Positions 41,401-43,301 of a DNA stretch of 43,301 nt are shown one piece after another. The translations under genes were made by a program, and so were the position numbers. Below the pieces are notes generated by a model. The model did not search any database and was not told the origin of the DNA. It saw only the letters and a program-made list of their open reading frames with translations. Source of the DNA: Utricularia gibba (taxonomy: Eukaryota > Plantae > Magnoliophyta); assembly GCA_002189035.1 (NCBI GenBank), contig NEEC01000480.1, forward strand, positions 1 to 43,301, in the 5' to 3' direction. Position 1 is the stretch's first letter. Each line of letters opens with the position of its first letter.

Positions 41401-43301
41401 CACGTGCACGGGATTCATTAAAAATAAATATTTACGCATATCGAGTGTATAACAGTGTTGGGATAAGTGATGCCACGAAATTCATGATGTAGCATGTGAC
41501 TTTTTTCCAACTTGATCGCATAGTAGATGAATTCTGACACCATATGTTTGGCTTTTGATTGATGCATTTAGTTGCTATGATACTTCTGATTCTTGATGCA
41601 CCATTCCCGTATACCATGTCTCTAGTGGCTATTTGATTCTTTTGCCTTGTATGTTGTTCGCATCAATTTCGAGAACATGAAGCACATTATTAAATGCAGT
41701 CACCACGGAATGCCACGTGAGACACTTTTCGTTGTGGCTTTTTAATCCACAGTTATCGGACAAACGTAACTCCAAATTATAATACTTGGAGCTCGAAAAG
41801 GGCTTCCCAACAGTGTGCTATGAAGAGCAAGGATCTGCATGTTATGCAAGAGGTGCTTCGCGACCAGGATGTGCGACGTAGTCATTTCATTGCGCATCAT
41901 CATTCGGGGTGCATCCTAAAAATCACACGTGCACGATTCATTAAAAATAAATATTTACGCATATCCAGAGTGTATAACAGTGTTGGATAAGTGATGCCAC
42001 GAAATTCATGATGTAGCATGACTTTTTCCAACTTGATCGCATAGTAGATGAATTCTGACACCATATGTTTTGGCTTTGATTGATGCATTTAGTTGCTATG
42101 ATACTTCTGATTCTTGATGCACCATTCCCGTATACCATGTCTCTAGTGGCTATTTGATTCTTTTGCCTTGTATGTTGTTCGCATCAATTTCGAGAACATG
42201 AAGCACATTATTAAATGCAATCACCACGGAAATGCCACGTGAGACACTTTTCGTTGTGGCTTTTTTAATATGTCCACAGTTATCGGACAAACGTAACTCC
42301 AAATTATAATACTTGGAGCTCGAAAAGGGCTTCCAACAGTGTGCTATGAAGAGCAAGGATCTGCATGTTATGCAAGAGGTGCTTCGCGGACCAGGATGTG
42401 CACGTAGTCATTTCATTGCGCATCATCATTCGGGTGCATCCTAAAAATCACACGTGCACGGGATTCATTAAAAATAAATATTTACGCATATCCAGAGTGT
42501 AGTGGGATAAGTGATGCACGAAATTCATGATGTAGCATGTGACTTTTTTCCAACTTGATCGCATAGTAGATGAAACACATATTTTGGCTTTTGATTGATG
42601 CATTTAGTTGCTATGATACTTCTGATTCTTGATGCACCATTCCCGATACCATGTCTCTAGTGGCTATTTGATTCTTTTGCCTTGTATGTGTTCGCATCAA
42701 TTTCGAGAACATGAAGCACATTATTAAATGCAGTCACCACGGAATGCCACGTGAGACACTTTTTCGTTGTGGCTTGTTTTTAATATGTCCACAGTTATCG
42801 GACAAACGTAACTCCAAATTATAATACTTGGAGCTCGAAAAGGGCTTCCAACAGTGTGCTATGAAGAGCAAGGATCTGCATGTTATGCAAGAGGTGCTTC
42901 GCGGACCAGGATGTGCGACGTAGTCATTTCATTGCGCATCATCATTCGGGGTGCATCCTAAAAATCACACGTGCACGGGATTCATTAAAAATAAATATTT
43001 ACGCATATCCAGAGTGTATAACAGATAAGTGATGCCACGAAATTCATGATGTAGCATGTGACTTTTTTTCCAACTTGATCGCATAGTAGATGAATTCTGA
43101 CACCATATGTTTTGGCTTTTGATTGATGCATTTAGTTGCTATGATACTTCTGATTCTTGATGCACCATTCCCGTATACCATGTCTCTAGTGGCTATTTGA
43201 TTCTTTTGCCTTGTATGTTGTTCGCATCAATTTCGAGAACATGAAGCACATTATTAAATGCATCACCACGAATGCCACGTGAGACACTTTTCGTTTGGCT
43301 T

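Larger units (their letters stand above)
1..43301. repeat. Head-to-tail tandem array of a ~536-bp unit, 83 full copies plus one partial copy
   Basis: The anchor AATTTCGAGAACATG recurs at 1, 537, 1068, 1596, 2127, 2662, 3195, 3727 ... 42186, 42699, 43229. Counted by eye: 84 unit starts, all in the same orientation, mean spacing ~521 bp, maximum 536 bp. No other sequence is present. Confidence 0.99.

Noticed and set aside
301-42356. The many short ORFs in the supplied track as distinct genes
   Set aside because: They are the same few frames repeated once per unit and shuffled by indels. None shows a recognisable domain.
1-43301. DRT2/Neo-type concatemeric cDNA encoding a never-ending ORF
   Set aside because: The unit is far longer than the ~120-nt DRT2 repeat, 536 is not a multiple of three, every frame has stops within the unit, and no reverse transcriptase gene is present. 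Other rolling-circle RT origins are not excluded.
1-43301. CRISPR array
   Set aside because: There are no unique spacers; the entire unit repeats.
1-43301. Higher-order repeat structure
   Set aside because: Recurrent variants show no fixed period or linkage by eye.

Overview
The whole 43.3-kb window is one uninterrupted head-to-tail tandem array: 83 complete copies plus a 73-nt partial copy (from 43229) of a ~536-bp unit (~40% GC by my count). There is no flanking unique sequence, no inverted copy, no adapter and no recognisable gene. Nearly all differences between copies are small deletions (mostly homopolymer contractions), and no copy I measured exceeds 536 bp. This looks like a single noisy long read or unpolished consensus of near-identical units rather than a diverged satellite. 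The best-fitting readings are (a) a rolling-circle concatemer of a ~536-nt circular DNA or cDNA, or (b) a very homogeneous chromosomal tandem repeat; the sequence alone cannot separate them. The ORF track is the same few short frames repeated and reshuffled by indels. Inside the unit the most interesting signals are a minus-strand stem-loop carrying AAGTATTAT (resembling the nick-site nonamer of Rep-dependent ssDNA circles), an excess of GATGC/GCATC motifs, a degenerate internal subrepeat, and two closely spaced minus-strand small ORFs. All functional interpretations are inference.
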